A stretch of 64,000 bases of DNA, taken from an uncultured Alphaproteobacteria bacterium. Its GTDB lineage: Bacteria > Pseudomonadota > Alphaproteobacteria > HIMB59 > GCA-002718135. Below the pieces are notes generated by a model. The model had not been told where the DNA came from, searched no databases, and worked only from the letters and a program-made list of their open reading frames with translations. A program made the translations under genes and the position numbers. The stretch covers positions 32,249 through 96,248 of the forward strand of contig CABYRH010000004.1 in assembly GCA_902521315.1 (NCBI GenBank), in the 5' to 3' direction. Positions 9,528 to 19,914 of the stretch are shown one piece after another. Every line of letters begins with the position of its first letter. The stretch's first letter is position 1.

Positions 9528-10283
9528 ATGGCAAAAGTAAGAATCATCCCATGTTTAGATGTAAAAGGTGGAAGAGTAGTAAAAGGAATTAATTTTCTAA
9601 ATTTGATTGATGCAGGAGATCCTGTTGAACAAGCAAAACATTATTCAGATAATGGAGCTGATGAAATATGTTTTTTAGATATTAGCGCATCATTAGAAAA
9701 TAGAAATACTATGGTAAATGTAGTTAAAAAGACTGCAAATGAGGTTTTTATTCCTCTTACAGTTGGCGGCGGCATTTCATCAATAGAAAATATACAAGCT
9801 TTACTTAAAGCTGGTGCTGACAAAGTTTCTATAAATTCTGCTGCAATTAAAAATCCCAATATCATTAAAGAAGCCTCTGAATATTTTGGCAACCAATGCA
9901 TCGTTGTGGCTGTTGATGCAAAAAAACACAATAATGATTGGTTTGTTTATTCCCATGGCGGGACTAAGAAAACTGATTTAAATGCTTTAAGTTGGATAGA
10001 AAAAGCCCAAAAATTAGGAGCAGGTGAAATTCTTCTAACATCAATGGACAAGGATGGTACAAAATCTGGTTTTGACAATGAACTACTAAGCAGGGTTTCA
10101 GAGTTTTTAAAGATACCTGTTATAGCTAGCGGAGGAGTTGGAACTCTAGATCATTTTTATGAGGGTGTAGTTAAAGGTAAGGCTGACGCATTACTAGCAG
10201 CCTCAGTCTTTCATTTTAATGAAATAAGCATTAAAGAAGTAAAAAAATATTTAAAAGATAAAAATATTAACATTAGAGACTAA
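9528..10283 (+). CDS. hisF: Imidazole glycerol phosphate synthase, cyclase subunit
   Basis: '[16 protein letters not shown]' and 'PVIASGGVG'. Confidence 0.96.
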   Translation: MAKVRIIPCLDVKGGRVVKGINFLNLIDAGDPVEQAKHYSDNGADEICFLDISASLENRNTMVNVVKKTANEVFIPLTVGGGISSIENIQALLKAGADKVSINSAAIKNPNIIKEASEYFGNQCIVVAVDAKKHNNDWFVYSHGGTKKTDLNALSWIEKAQKLGAGEILLTSMDKDGTKSGFDNELLSRVSEFLKIPVIASGGVGTLDHFYEGVVKGKADALLAASVFHFNEISIKEVKKYLKDKNINIRD

Positions 10284-10288
10284 ACTTT

Positions 10289-10561
10289 ATGAAAATTGAA
10301 GAATTAAACGAAATTATAAATAATAGAATACAAACAAGAAAAAAAAATTCTTACACTAATAAACTATTAAAACTAGGACCAAAGAAGATAGCTCAAAAGT
10401 TTGGCGAAGAATCTTCTGAGTTAATTATAGATTTTTTAAAAGGATCTAAAAAAAGAACAATAGAAGAAGCTGTCGATGTAATTTATCACCTTCTCATCTT
10501 ATTGAAGTCAAAAAAAATTACTATAAGTGAAATCCACAAAGAATTAGATAAAAGAAAATAA
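10289..10561 (+). CDS. hisE: Phosphoribosyl-ATP pyrophosphatase
   Basis: 90 aa. 'SYTNKLLKLGPKKIAQKFGEESSELII...EAVDVIYHLLILL' matches the HisE/MazG-like pattern. Confidence 0.85.
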   Translation: MKIEELNEIINNRIQTRKKNSYTNKLLKLGPKKIAQKFGEESSELIIDFLKGSKKRTIEEAVDVIYHLLILLKSKKITISEIHKELDKRK

Positions 10562-10567
10562 AATATT

Positions 10568-10918
10568 ATGTATGATGAAAATAATATATTTGCAAAAATA
10601 TTAAGAAAAGAAATTCCTTGTAATAAAATTTATGAAGATGAGTTTAGTTTATTTTTTAATGATATTAATCCTCAAGCTAAAATACATGTTTTAGGTATAC
10701 CAAAATTCCCTTGTACAACTTTTTCTGATTTTTTAAAAAATGCAGATAACGAAAATATCACATCTTTTTTTAAAAGCATTCAATTCGTAATAAATAATCT
10801 TAATATTGAAAATACTGGTTATAGATTAATAACAAACTCAGGAGAGGATGGTGGACAAGAGGTGCCACATTTTCATATTCATATTTTAGCTGGAGAAAAA
10901 ATCGGAAGTTTAAGATAA
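10568..10918 (+). CDS. HIT-family (HinT-like) nucleotide hydrolase
   Basis: Histidine triad 'HFHIHILAG'. Confidence 0.9.
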   Translation: MYDENNIFAKILRKEIPCNKIYEDEFSLFFNDINPQAKIHVLGIPKFPCTTFSDFLKNADNENITSFFKSIQFVINNLNIENTGYRLITNSGEDGGQEVPHFHIHILAGEKIGSLR

Positions 10919-10919
10919 A

Positions 10920-11528
10920 TTATAATTTTTCTCTTATAATTACATAGTTAACAATCTCATTAACACCCTTTATGTTTTTAAGAGCTAGAACCATTTCTTC
11001 TAATAGATCTGGGCGTGCAGTAATACCCGCTACATAAATTTTACCTTGGATAGTTTCAAAATTAAACGTAATAGCTTTTATCCCAATAGTTTTAGCAGCT
11101 ATAGCTCTTGCTTGCGTATTAATCCATAAATCACTAGCATAGTCTTTAAGTGTTGTTCTATTGCCAATTTCTATTTCATTTATAATTTCTTTAACCCCTT
11201 CAACTTCCCAAACTAATCTTACTGCATCAATTCTAATTTCTTGATTATCTACAAGACCAGTTAATAAAATTCTACCCTCAAGTACACTTGTGTTTATATT
11301 TACAAAAAGATTGTTATCTGCATTTAAAAATTTTGCTGCAACATTAACTTTAATGGTTGTATCATCTATTACTGTTCCAAGAGATCTCTCCCCCTCAGCA
11401 ACCACCATTGCGCTACCACCACCTGTTGCAAGCACACTTGCTGGTGAACATCCGTAATTAACAGATACAAAAATCAAAAATATTGGAATAAAAAAAATTT
11501 TAATTATTTTTTTAATTTTAACATCCAT
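10920..11528 (-). CDS. Dual BON-domain lipoprotein (YraP/DolP-like)
   Basis: Lipobox 'VNYGC'. Two BON-like repeats end in 'VEGVKEIINEIEI' and 'IKGVNEIVNYVII'. The position downstream of rsmI mirrors the E. coli yraL..yraP neighbourhood. Confidence 0.65.
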   Translation of the reverse strand: MDVKIKKIIKIFFIPIFLIFVSVNYGCSPASVLATGGGSAMVVAEGERSLGTVIDDTTIKVNVAAKFLNADNNLFVNINTSVLEGRILLTGLVDNQEIRIDAVRLVWEVEGVKEIINEIEIGNRTTLKDYASDLWINTQARAIAAKTIGIKAITFNFETIQGKIYVAGITARPDLLEEMVLALKNIKGVNEIVNYVIIREKL

Positions 11529-12349
11529 TTGTAAATCTTATTTTTATTAATTTTTGTAAATTTATGCACTATTTCAACGATGTCGGTCAAAGAAAATTTT
11601 GAAGCCATTTTTCTTAATTCTTTAGTATACAAATCAATGTTGTCAAAATCTTGATTTTTTGATGCTTGTCTATCAATGACAGCAACAAACTCTCCTTTAA
11701 TATTCTCTTTATCTTCTAAGATTTTATTTTTCACACTACCTGGATTTCCTCTAAAGACAAACTCATTTACTTTTGTAAGTTCCTTACATATTGAAATTGA
11801 TCTATCACCTATAATATTTTCTAGACAATCTAGAAAAACAATTAATTTATGGTTTGAAACAAAAAATACACAAGCCCTTTTTTCTTGAGAAATATTCTTA
11901 ATAAGATCCTCAATCTTTTTTTTAGATTTTGGAATAAACCCAAAAAAAGCAAACTCTGATATTGGTAATCCAGACAACTGTAAACTTGATACAATTGACG
12001 AGGGACCAGGCACAGATGTAACTCTAATATTATTTGCAATACAATATTGTACTAAATTATATCCAGGATCTGAAATAAGTGGTGACCCTGCATCAGATAT
12101 TAGAACACAATTTTTATTTTTTAATAAAAATTTAATCTGATCTATAATTTTATGCTCATTATAATCGTGTAAAGCTATTAATTTCTTTTTAATGCCTAAT
12201 TTATTTAGTAGTTTAAGTGAATGTTTTGGATTTTCACAAATAATGATATCACATTCTTCAAGTACTTTTACAGCTCTGTAGGTTATGTCTTCTAAATTGC
12301 CAATAGGTGTTGCCACAATTGAGAGACCATTGATAATATTATCCATCAT
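11504..12349 (-). CDS. rsmI: 16S rRNA (cytidine1402-2'-O)-methyltransferase
   Basis: 'LSIVATPIGNLEDITYRAVKVLEECDIIICE' and 'ISDAGSPLISDPGY' are collinear with E. coli RsmI. Confidence 0.9.
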   Translation of the reverse strand: MMDNIINGLSIVATPIGNLEDITYRAVKVLEECDIIICENPKHSLKLLNKLGIKKKLIALHDYNEHKIIDQIKFLLKNKNCVLISDAGSPLISDPGYNLVQYCIANNIRVTSVPGPSSIVSSLQLSGLPISEFAFFGFIPKSKKKIEDLIKNISQEKRACVFFVSNHKLIVFLDCLENIIGDRSISICKELTKVNEFVFRGNPGSVKNKILEDKENIKGEFVAVIDRQASKNQDFDNIDLYTKELRKMASKFSLTDIVEIVHKFTKINKNKIYKWMLKLKK

Positions 12350-13613
12350 CTATATACTTATATTTATAATTTCATGTACTCCAGTAAATTTATCTAAACA
12401 AGATACAAAAAATACTCAAGAAACAACTATTTCTGAAAAACCAATTGAAGATAAAACCGAAAAAAAGGTAATTGAAGAAAAAGAAAGCAAACACGATAAG
12501 CAGAAAAAGATTTTAGACGATATTGTCTTAGATAAAACAATTATTGCTTTATTTGCAAAAGATGATGATGAAAAAACTACAAAACAATTCTTGAATACCT
12601 ATGAGTTGGGAATTTATAATCTTGGTATAAGTGATGTTGTTATACAAATTGAATTTTTTGAAAATGAAAATGATTTAAAAAAAATTATAGAAAGTAATCT
12701 ACTACCTGGAAAGATTTTTCTAGGACCAGTTCAATCTAAGTATGCAAAAATCTTAGATAATTATTGTAATCAAGAAATAATATTTTTTTCCTACTCATCT
12801 AAACCTTCACTGGCTAAAGATTGTGTTTATTTATTAAATTTTTTTCCACAAAATGAACTTTCACAACTTATGTTATATTTAAACGATGATGCAAAAGTTG
12901 CGCTACTTTATCCTGAAAATGAATATGGATATTTAATAAACAGTCTAATCGATAATATAATGTTTGAAAGCCCTGCAATATTAGTCAACAGATCTTCATA
13001 TAATGATGAACTAACAAATGTAAGAGAATCAATAAAAGAATTGGGAAAATATGAATTGAGAAAATATGAATTGAATAGACAAAAAAAAATTCTATCTTCT
13101 AAAAAAGATGAAAAATCAAAAAAGAGATTAAAAAAATTAGAAAGATTTAAAACTACAAGTGATTATGATTTTACACATGTATTGATTGCTGACTATGGTT
13201 TAAATTTACTACAGGTTGCACCTCTACTACCATACTACGATATAGATCCTAATATCGTACAATTTATGGGAACTGGAGTAATAGATGATAAAACTTTTTT
13301 CTATGAACCTTCTTTACAGGGAGCAATATTTCCAGGAATTCCTGAAATAAACCGAATAAATATAATTAATAATTATATGGAAATATATGATGATGAGTTT
13401 TTGAGAATCTCAACATTACCTTATGACTTAATAGGTTTAATTAATTACATCTACACAAATGAATATAAACTTGGAGATGTAATTAAGTTATTAAACAATC
13501 CGAACAAAAAATTCGATGGCATTGATGGAAACTTTTATTTTAAAGATAATATGATTGAAAGAGATCTTAGCATATTAAAAATAAATAACGGAAATTCTTT
13601 TGTGATTAATTAA
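12285..13613 (+). CDS. LpoA-like / periplasmic-binding-fold lipoprotein
   Basis: Lipobox 'IFIISC'. Divergent from rsmI, as lpoA (yraM) is in E. coli. The C-terminal part resembles a type-I periplasmic binding fold. The start is uncertain (ATG 12285 or TTG 12330). Confidence 0.5.
   Translation: MSSKLPIGVATIERPLIILSIIYILIFIISCTPVNLSKQDTKNTQETTISEKPIEDKTEKKVIEEKESKHDKQKKILDDIVLDKTIIALFAKDDDEKTTKQFLNTYELGIYNLGISDVVIQIEFFENENDLKKIIESNLLPGKIFLGPVQSKYAKILDNYCNQEIIFFSYSSKPSLAKDCVYLLNFFPQNELSQLMLYLNDDAKVALLYPENEYGYLINSLIDNIMFESPAILVNRSSYNDELTNVRESIKELGKYELRKYELNRQKKILSSKKDEKSKKRLKKLERFKTTSDYDFTHVLIADYGLNLLQVAPLLPYYDIDPNIVQFMGTGVIDDKTFFYEPSLQGAIFPGIPEINRINIINNYMEIYDDEFLRISTLPYDLIGLINYIYTNEYKLGDVIKLLNNPNKKFDGIDGNFYFKDNMIERDLSILKINNGNSFVIN
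13045..13074 (+). repeat. Perfect in-frame 15-bp tandem duplication (gaaaatatgaattga x2) inside the LpoA-like gene
   Basis: Read directly: 13045-13059 equals 13060-13074, giving the peptide KYELRKYEL. Confidence 0.9.
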
Positions 13614-14187
13614 TTAAAAAGTTAATCAATTTTGTTACAGCTATAGACCTATGGCTCATTTCATTTTTTTCTTTAGTACTTAATTCAGCCAATGTTTTGT
13701 TATAATTTTTAGGAATGAAAACTGGATCATAACCAAAACCAAATCTACCCTTAGCTTCTTCAGAAATTTTTCCATCAATTTTGCCATTAAATATTACGTT
13801 TTGATTCTCTTTAATTGTTAGGCTTATTGAAGTTTTAAAGTAAGCATTTTGTTTACTATTTTTTTTAGTACTTTTAATAATACTTTCAAAACAAGCTTCA
13901 TTACTTTTGAAATTGTTTAAAAATCTTTTTGAAATAACACCTGGTTTCCAATTCAAACTTTCAATACATATGCCTGAGTCATCTGCAAAACAAGGAATAC
14001 CAGTTTTATTAAATCCGTATTCTGATTTTATTTTTGCATTTTCCTCAAATGTCCCGCCACTTTCTTCTGGTTCTTCACTTATATTTAGATCATTTAATGA
14101 AAGAAGTTCTAGATCAAATTTGTTAAAAATTTTTTTTATTTCAATTATTTTGTTTTTATTATTTGAAAAAAATAATAATTTTCTCAA
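13606..14187 (-). CDS. rdgB: dITP/XTP pyrophosphatase (Ham1/RdgB)
   Basis: 'GFGYDPVFIP' and the N-terminal 'FFSNNKNKIIEIKKIF'. Sits downstream of rph, as in many bacteria. Confidence 0.85.
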   Translation of the reverse strand: MRKLLFFSNNKNKIIEIKKIFNKFDLELLSLNDLNISEEPEESGGTFEENAKIKSEYGFNKTGIPCFADDSGICIESLNWKPGVISKRFLNNFKSNEACFESIIKSTKKNSKQNAYFKTSISLTIKENQNVIFNGKIDGKISEEAKGRFGFGYDPVFIPKNYNKTLAELSTKEKNEMSHRSIAVTKLINFLIN

Positions 14188-14188
14188 T

Positions 14189-14899
14189 TTACTTCAATGC
14201 CTCTTTTTGTTTAGATATTATTTCCTTAACTCCAATTTTTGCTAGTGAAAACATTTCAGAAAATTGATTATTGTTGAAGAAAAATTCTTCCCCAGTAACT
14301 TGTATTTCAGATATTTCATCCGAATCACAAATTACAAAATTTGCATCTACTTGTGCTTCTGAGTCCTCCTTATAATCTAAATCCAATATTGCTTTATTTT
14401 CTACTATTCCAGCTGACACTGCTCCTATAAAATTTTTAATGATTGGTTTTTGTAGATTATAATTATTTTTCAATTTTTCTATTGCCAAATACAAGGAAAT
14501 AAAACCACCGCTGATAGATGCGGTTCTTGTCCCGCCATCTGCTTGAATTACATCACAGTCTATTTTTATTTGACGCTCTCCAAGATTTGAAAGATCTACA
14601 ATTGATCTTAAGCTACGACCTATTAACCTTTGTATTTCTTGTGTTCTACCTGACTGCTTTCCTTTTGCAGCCTCTCTGTCCATTCTAGTATTTGTCGATC
14701 TTGGCAGCATACCGTATTCTGCTGTGACCCAACCTTTACCAGTATTCTTTAACCAGTGAGGAACTTTTTCATCAATACTTGCAAGACAAAGGACATGTGT
14801 ATTTCCAAACTTTACTAAGCATGAACCATCAGCATGAATATTCACGTTTTTCTCAAATGAAATTTCACGCATTTGATTGAAGGATCTATCTTTTCTCAT
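14189..14899 (-). CDS. rph: Ribonuclease PH
   Basis: 'RSTNTRMDREAAKGKQSGRTQEIQRLIGRSLR' and 'DCDVIQADGGTRTASI'. Confidence 0.95.
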   Translation of the reverse strand: MRKDRSFNQMREISFEKNVNIHADGSCLVKFGNTHVLCLASIDEKVPHWLKNTGKGWVTAEYGMLPRSTNTRMDREAAKGKQSGRTQEIQRLIGRSLRSIVDLSNLGERQIKIDCDVIQADGGTRTASISGGFISLYLAIEKLKNNYNLQKPIIKNFIGAVSAGIVENKAILDLDYKEDSEAQVDANFVICDSDEISEIQVTGEEFFFNNNQFSEMFSLAKIGVKEIISKQKEALK

Positions 14900-14946
14900 A
14901 TAAATTTAATAATAGTAGATAAATATTATTTTTAAATAAAATTCTT

Positions 14947-15993
14947 ATGTCTGATAATTTATATGCGCAAATAAATGATAGATCGAAATTAATTTTCAAA
15001 AAATTAGTTGAGTCATATCTTAAAACTGGGTCTCCAGCAGGATCAGAAACAATTATGAAGATGGGAGGCTTAAATCTCTCCTCAGCATCAATTAGATCTA
15101 TACTATCTAATTTGCAAAAAGAAGGACTTCTATATGCCCCACACAGATCAGCTGGGCGAATGCCTACCGATAAGGGTATGAGGTTTTTTGTCGATGGGCT
15201 TTTAGAGTTTGGAAGAATTTCAAAAATAGATAAAGAAAATATTAAACAGCAGTGCTTAACTAAGGGCAAATCCTATGAAGAGGTTCTTGATGTAGCTTCC
15301 AAGGCTATTTCAGGGTTATCAAGTTATGCTGGAATAGTTATCGCACCAAAATTTCAAAAAAACTTAAAGCACGTTGAGTTTATAAGATTAAATAGTAGTC
15401 AATTAATGCTTATTCTTGCCTATGAGAATGGAGAAGTAGAAAATCGTATCATTGAAGATAATGGAAAATATAATAGTTCATTATTAATACAGGCTTCAAA
15501 CTACCTTACGTCAAAATTTACTAATAAAAACATTTCTCAAATTAAAAAATTAATACAAATAGAAATAAAAAATTCACAAAATGAGCTAGAATTAATTTCT
15601 TCAAAATTAATTCAAAAAGGTATTATTGAAACTCAGCCTAATAGTAAAAACCCTTATATTTTTTTACATGGTCAATCAAATTTATTAAAAGATGAAATTG
15701 TTTCTAAAGATTTAGATCAAATCAGAAATCTTTTTGATGAAATTGAGAAAAAATCTAGTTTTGTAGATATATTAGAAACTGCGGGAAAAGCAAAAGGGGT
15801 TCAGATTTTTATTGGATCTAAAAATTTTTTGTTTAAACACTCTGGTCTTTCTATGGTAATGGCCCCATATAAAAATAATGATCAAGAAATTATAGGAGCT
15901 ATAGGTGTAGTTGGGCCAACAAGACTAAACTATTCCAAAATAGTACCTCTTGTTGATTATACATCAAAAATTATTGGAAAGGTGATTGATTAA
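14947..15993 (+). CDS. hrcA: Heat-inducible transcription repressor HrcA
   Basis: 348 aa. N-terminal winged-helix 'LVESYLKTGSPAGSETI' and C-terminal 'GAIGVVGPTRLNYSKIVPLVDY'. Confidence 0.9.
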   Translation: MSDNLYAQINDRSKLIFKKLVESYLKTGSPAGSETIMKMGGLNLSSASIRSILSNLQKEGLLYAPHRSAGRMPTDKGMRFFVDGLLEFGRISKIDKENIKQQCLTKGKSYEEVLDVASKAISGLSSYAGIVIAPKFQKNLKHVEFIRLNSSQLMLILAYENGEVENRIIEDNGKYNSSLLIQASNYLTSKFTNKNISQIKKLIQIEIKNSQNELELISSKLIQKGIIETQPNSKNPYIFLHGQSNLLKDEIVSKDLDQIRNLFDEIEKKSSFVDILETAGKAKGVQIFIGSKNFLFKHSGLSMVMAPYKNNDQEIIGAIGVVGPTRLNYSKIVPLVDYTSKIIGKVID

Positions 15994-16664
15994 TGGTTGA
16001 GAAAAAAGAAGAAGATAACCAAAAAGAAGAAATAAAAGAACCTGATTCTGAGAATATTGAAAATGAAGAAGACAATAATGAAAGTCAAGAAAACACAGAT
16101 ACAGAAGAGACAAGCGAAAATGAAAATACAGAAGAAGATAGTTTAGAAAAGGAAATAGAAACACTAAAAGAAGAAAAAATTCGATTACTCGCTGAAATGG
16201 AAAATCTTAGAAAAAGATTTGAACGAGAAAAAGTTGAAACAATAAAGTTTGGCAGTATAAATTTAGCAAGAGATATTCTATCGCCAGGAGATAATTTAGA
16301 AAGAGCGCTAGATGCTTTACCAGAAGATGAAAATCATCCAGAAAGTATAAAAAACCTTATCGATGGTTTAAAAATGGTGCTTAAAGAATACAAAAGTACT
16401 CTTGAAAAACACGGAGTTAAAAAAATTGAAACGTTAAATCAAAAATTTGACCATAATTTTCATCAGGCAATGATGGAAGTTGAAAATAATGAAGTTGAAG
16501 AAGGAACAGTAGTACAAGAAGTCCAATCTGGTTATACAATGCACGATCGTTTATTAAGAGCAGCAATGGTCGGAGTTTCCAAAAAACCAGTCGCTAAAAC
16601 AGAAGAGTCTAAAGAAGAAAAAGAAGAAGATAATCCTGAAAATGAGAGTAAAGAAAAGTCATAA
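15993..16664 (+). CDS. grpE: Nucleotide exchange factor GrpE with acidic low-complexity tails
   Basis: Core 'LLAEMENLRKRFEREK...GYTMHDRLLRAAMVGVSK'. The ATG overlaps the hrcA stop (TAATG). Confidence 0.9.
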   Translation: MVEKKEEDNQKEEIKEPDSENIENEEDNNESQENTDTEETSENENTEEDSLEKEIETLKEEKIRLLAEMENLRKRFEREKVETIKFGSINLARDILSPGDNLERALDALPEDENHPESIKNLIDGLKMVLKEYKSTLEKHGVKKIETLNQKFDHNFHQAMMEVENNEVEEGTVVQEVQSGYTMHDRLLRAAMVGVSKKPVAKTEESKEEKEEDNPENESKEKS

Positions 16665-16709
16665 AAAGCCTTAATTTACTTATATTTTTTAATATAAATC
16701 CCAAACATC

Positions 16710-16737
16710 CTTGTATTTTAAAACTTTTTTCCCATAT
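16710..16737 (+). promoter_or_regulatory. Candidate sigma32 (RpoH)-type promoter of dnaKJ
   Basis: CTTGTAT (16710-16716), then a 13-nt spacer, then TCCCATAT (16730-16737), compared with the E. coli consensus CTTGAAA-N13-15-CCCCATNT. It has the same CTTG-N17-CCCAYAT geometry as the ibpA promoter. Confidence 0.45.
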
Positions 16738-16788
16738 CTAATGTAGCCAATGTTGATTGGTAAATAATTAAGTAAAGAGGATAAAAAT

Positions 16789-18711
16789 ATGGCAAAAGTA
16801 ATTGGTATTGATTTAGGTACTACAAACTCCTGCGTTGCAGTAATGGACGGTAAGGAAGCAAAAGTAATTGAAAACTCTGAGGGTGGAAGAACAACTCCTT
16901 CAATGGTAGCATTCAGTGATACAAAAGAAAAACTTGTTGGACAATCAGCTAAAAGACAAGCAGTAACTAATTCTGAAAATACTTTATTTGCCATAAAAAG
17001 ATTAATCGGAAGAACATTTGAGGATGAGGCTGTTAAGTCTGATAGCGGATTAGTACCTTATAAAATCGTAAAAGGTGATAACGGTGATGCTTGGGTAGAA
17101 GCACGTGGAGACAAATATAGCCCTAGTCAAATTAGCGCATTTATTTTACAAAAAATGAAAGAGACCGCAGAGTCTTATCTAGGAGACACTGTTACACAAG
17201 CAGTTATAACAGTTCCTGCATATTTTAATGATGCTCAAAGACAAGCAACAAAAGATGCTGGAAAAATAGCTGGACTAGAAGTCTTAAGAATTATTAATGA
17301 GCCTACTGCTGCAGCGTTAGCATATGGTTTAGATAAAAAGAAAACTGGTACTGTTGCTGTTTACGATCTAGGTGGAGGTACATTTGATATTTCTATCTTA
17401 GAAATTGGTGACGGTGTTTTTGAAGTTAAATCAACCAATGGTGATACGCATCTTGGTGGTGAAGATTTTGATCTTAAAATTATTGATTACCTTGCTGACG
17501 AGTTCAAAAAAGATAATGGTATTGATTTACGCTCAGATAAACTTGCTCTTCAACGTTTGAAAGAGGCTGCTGAGAAAGCAAAAATTGAATTATCAAGTTC
17601 AACTGAAACAGAAGTTAACTTGCCATTCATTACTGCTGATCAATCTGGTCCTAAACATTTAACGATTAAATTATCTAGAGCAAAACTAGAAGCTATTGTT
17701 GGGGAACTTTTAAACCAAAGTTTAAAACCTTGCGAAATGGCTCTTAAAGATGCTGGATTACAAGCCGCAGAAATTGATGATGTTATTTTAGTTGGTGGTA
17801 TGACAAGAATGCCTAAAGTAACAGAGATAGTAAAAAACTTCTTTGGTAAAGAGCCTAATAAAGGTGTTAACCCCGATGAGGTTGTTGCATCTGGTGCTGC
17901 TATTCAAGCAGGCGTATTACAAGGTGATGTCAAAGATGTATTATTACTTGATGTTACACCTTTATCACTAGGCATTGAAACACTTGGCGGTGTATTTACA
18001 AAACTGATTGATAAAAACACAACTATCCCAACAAAGAAGAGCCAGGTATTTTCTACAGCTGAAGATAATCAGAGTGCAGTAACAATTAGAGTATTTCAAG
18101 GTGAAAGAGAAATGGCTGCTGATAACAAATTACTAGGCCAGTTTGATTTAGTAGGGATTCCACCTGCCGCAAGAGGAATGCCTCAAATTGAAGTAACTTT
18201 TGATATTGATGCAAATGGTATTGTAAACGTTTCGGCTAAAGACAAATCAACTGGTAAAGAACAACAAATCAAGATCCAGGCTTCTGGGGGATTATCAGAT
18301 GAAGAGATTGAAAAAATGGTCAAAGAGGCAGAAGAAAATGCTGAAGCTGACAAAAAGAAAAGAGAAGCTGTTGATACTAGAAACCATGCTGATAGTTTAA
18401 TTAATGAAACTGAAAAGAATTTAAAAGAGCACGGAGATAAAATTCCTGAAACTGATAAAAATAAAATCACAGAGGATATTGAAGAGCTTAAAAAAGTAAA
18501 AGACGGCGAGGATTTAGAAGCTATAAAATCTAAAACTGAAGCACTTGTTCAGTCATCTCTTAAAATGGGAGAAGCAATTTATAAACAAAACCCACAAGGT
18601 GCTGGACCTCAACCTGATCCATCTGGTGCTGAACCATCAGCTGATAATACAAAAGATGAAAAGGTTGTAGATGCAGAATTTGAAGAAGTAGACGAAGATA
18701 AAAAAGATTAA
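16789..18711 (+). CDS. dnaK: Chaperone DnaK (Hsp70)
   Basis: '[17 protein letters not shown]', '[12 protein letters not shown]' and full-length collinearity. Confidence 0.98.
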   Translation: MAKVIGIDLGTTNSCVAVMDGKEAKVIENSEGGRTTPSMVAFSDTKEKLVGQSAKRQAVTNSENTLFAIKRLIGRTFEDEAVKSDSGLVPYKIVKGDNGDAWVEARGDKYSPSQISAFILQKMKETAESYLGDTVTQAVITVPAYFNDAQRQATKDAGKIAGLEVLRIINEPTAAALAYGLDKKKTGTVAVYDLGGGTFDISILEIGDGVFEVKSTNGDTHLGGEDFDLKIIDYLADEFKKDNGIDLRSDKLALQRLKEAAEKAKIELSSSTETEVNLPFITADQSGPKHLTIKLSRAKLEAIVGELLNQSLKPCEMALKDAGLQAAEIDDVILVGGMTRMPKVTEIVKNFFGKEPNKGVNPDEVVASGAAIQAGVLQGDVKDVLLLDVTPLSLGIETLGGVFTKLIDKNTTIPTKKSQVFSTAEDNQSAVTIRVFQGEREMAADNKLLGQFDLVGIPPAARGMPQIEVTFDIDANGIVNVSAKDKSTGKEQQIKIQASGGLSDEEIEKMVKEAEENAEADKKKREAVDTRNHADSLINETEKNLKEHGDKIPETDKNKITEDIEELKKVKDGEDLEAIKSKTEALVQSSLKMGEAIYKQNPQGAGPQPDPSGAEPSADNTKDEKVVDAEFEEVDEDKKD

Positions 18712-18739
18712 CGCTCCATAATTTTTATAAGGAGGAGAT

Positions 18740-19873
18740 GTGGCTGATAAAGATTTCTATGAGATACTAGGTGTTCAACGAAATGCCAGTGAAGATGAAA
18801 TAAAAAAAGCTTATAGAAAACAAGCCATGAAATATCATCCTGATCGTAACAAGGATGACAAAACTGCTGAAAGAAAATTCAAAGAAGCAGCAGCTGCTTA
18901 CGAGGTTCTTAAAGATTCAGAAAAAAGATCAGCTTATGATCAATATGGACATGACGCTTTCAAACAAGGTGGCATGGGTGGAGCTCAAGGTTTTGGAGAT
19001 TTTGCAGGTGGCTTTTCTGATATCTTTGAAGAGTTCTTTGGTGGAGGATTTGGAGGACAATCATCAAGAAGACGAGGACCTCAAAGAGGAAGTGATCTTC
19101 GTTATAATATGTCCGTTTCACTATTTGAAGCTTTTACTGGAAAGAAACCACAAATAAGAATACCTACATACGTTGGCTGTGATGCGTGTGCAGCAACTGG
19201 AAGTGCAGATAAATCTGGACCAAGTACTTGTTCTACTTGTGGTGGTGCAGGAAAAGTTCGATCTCAACAAGGCTTCTTTTCTATTGAAAGACCATGCCCT
19301 ACATGTGGCGGAGAAGGTTCAAGTATAAAAAATCCGTGTCTTAAATGTTCTGGAACTGGAAATATAAAAAAACAAAAAACAATTTCTGTTACTATTCCTG
19401 CTGGTGTTGATACAGGTACAAGAATTCGAATAGCTGGTGAGGGAGAGCCTGGTGAAAGAGGTGCAGGAAATGGCGATCTATATATTTTTGTTGAAGTTCA
19501 AAAGGACAAACTCTTTGAAAGAGAGGAAGAAAATTTATTTTGTGAAATACCAATTTCAATCACTACTGCTATTTTAGGTGGCGAAATAGAAGTACCAACA
19601 ATAGAGGGAAAAAAGGCCAGACTTAATATTCCAGCGGGTACTCAATCTGAAACGCAATTTAGACTACGAGGTAAAGGAATGAGTATACTTCGACAAAGCA
19701 GAAGGGGTGATATGTATGTGCAAGCAAATGTTGAAATACCAGTTAACCTAAATAGCAAACAAAAAAATATTTTGAGAGAGTTCGAGAATGAAGGGGGAAC
19801 CTCGAAAAAACACAGTCCAAAATCACAAGGTTTTTTCTCAAAATTAAAAGAAGTCTGGGAAGATTTAACTTAA
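18740..19873 (+). CDS. dnaJ: Co-chaperone DnaJ
   Basis: GTG start after AAGGAGG. J-domain 'DFYEILGV...HPDRN', a G/F region, and four CxxCxGxG zinc motifs. Confidence 0.97.
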   Translation: MADKDFYEILGVQRNASEDEIKKAYRKQAMKYHPDRNKDDKTAERKFKEAAAAYEVLKDSEKRSAYDQYGHDAFKQGGMGGAQGFGDFAGGFSDIFEEFFGGGFGGQSSRRRGPQRGSDLRYNMSVSLFEAFTGKKPQIRIPTYVGCDACAATGSADKSGPSTCSTCGGAGKVRSQQGFFSIERPCPTCGGEGSSIKNPCLKCSGTGNIKKQKTISVTIPAGVDTGTRIRIAGEGEPGERGAGNGDLYIFVEVQKDKLFEREEENLFCEIPISITTAILGGEIEVPTIEGKKARLNIPAGTQSETQFRLRGKGMSILRQSRRGDMYVQANVEIPVNLNSKQKNILREFENEGGTSKKHSPKSQGFFSKLKEVWEDLT

Positions 19874-19914
19874 TTTCTTTTCAACTTACAATCACCAAAG
19901 TATAAGAAGTTTTT

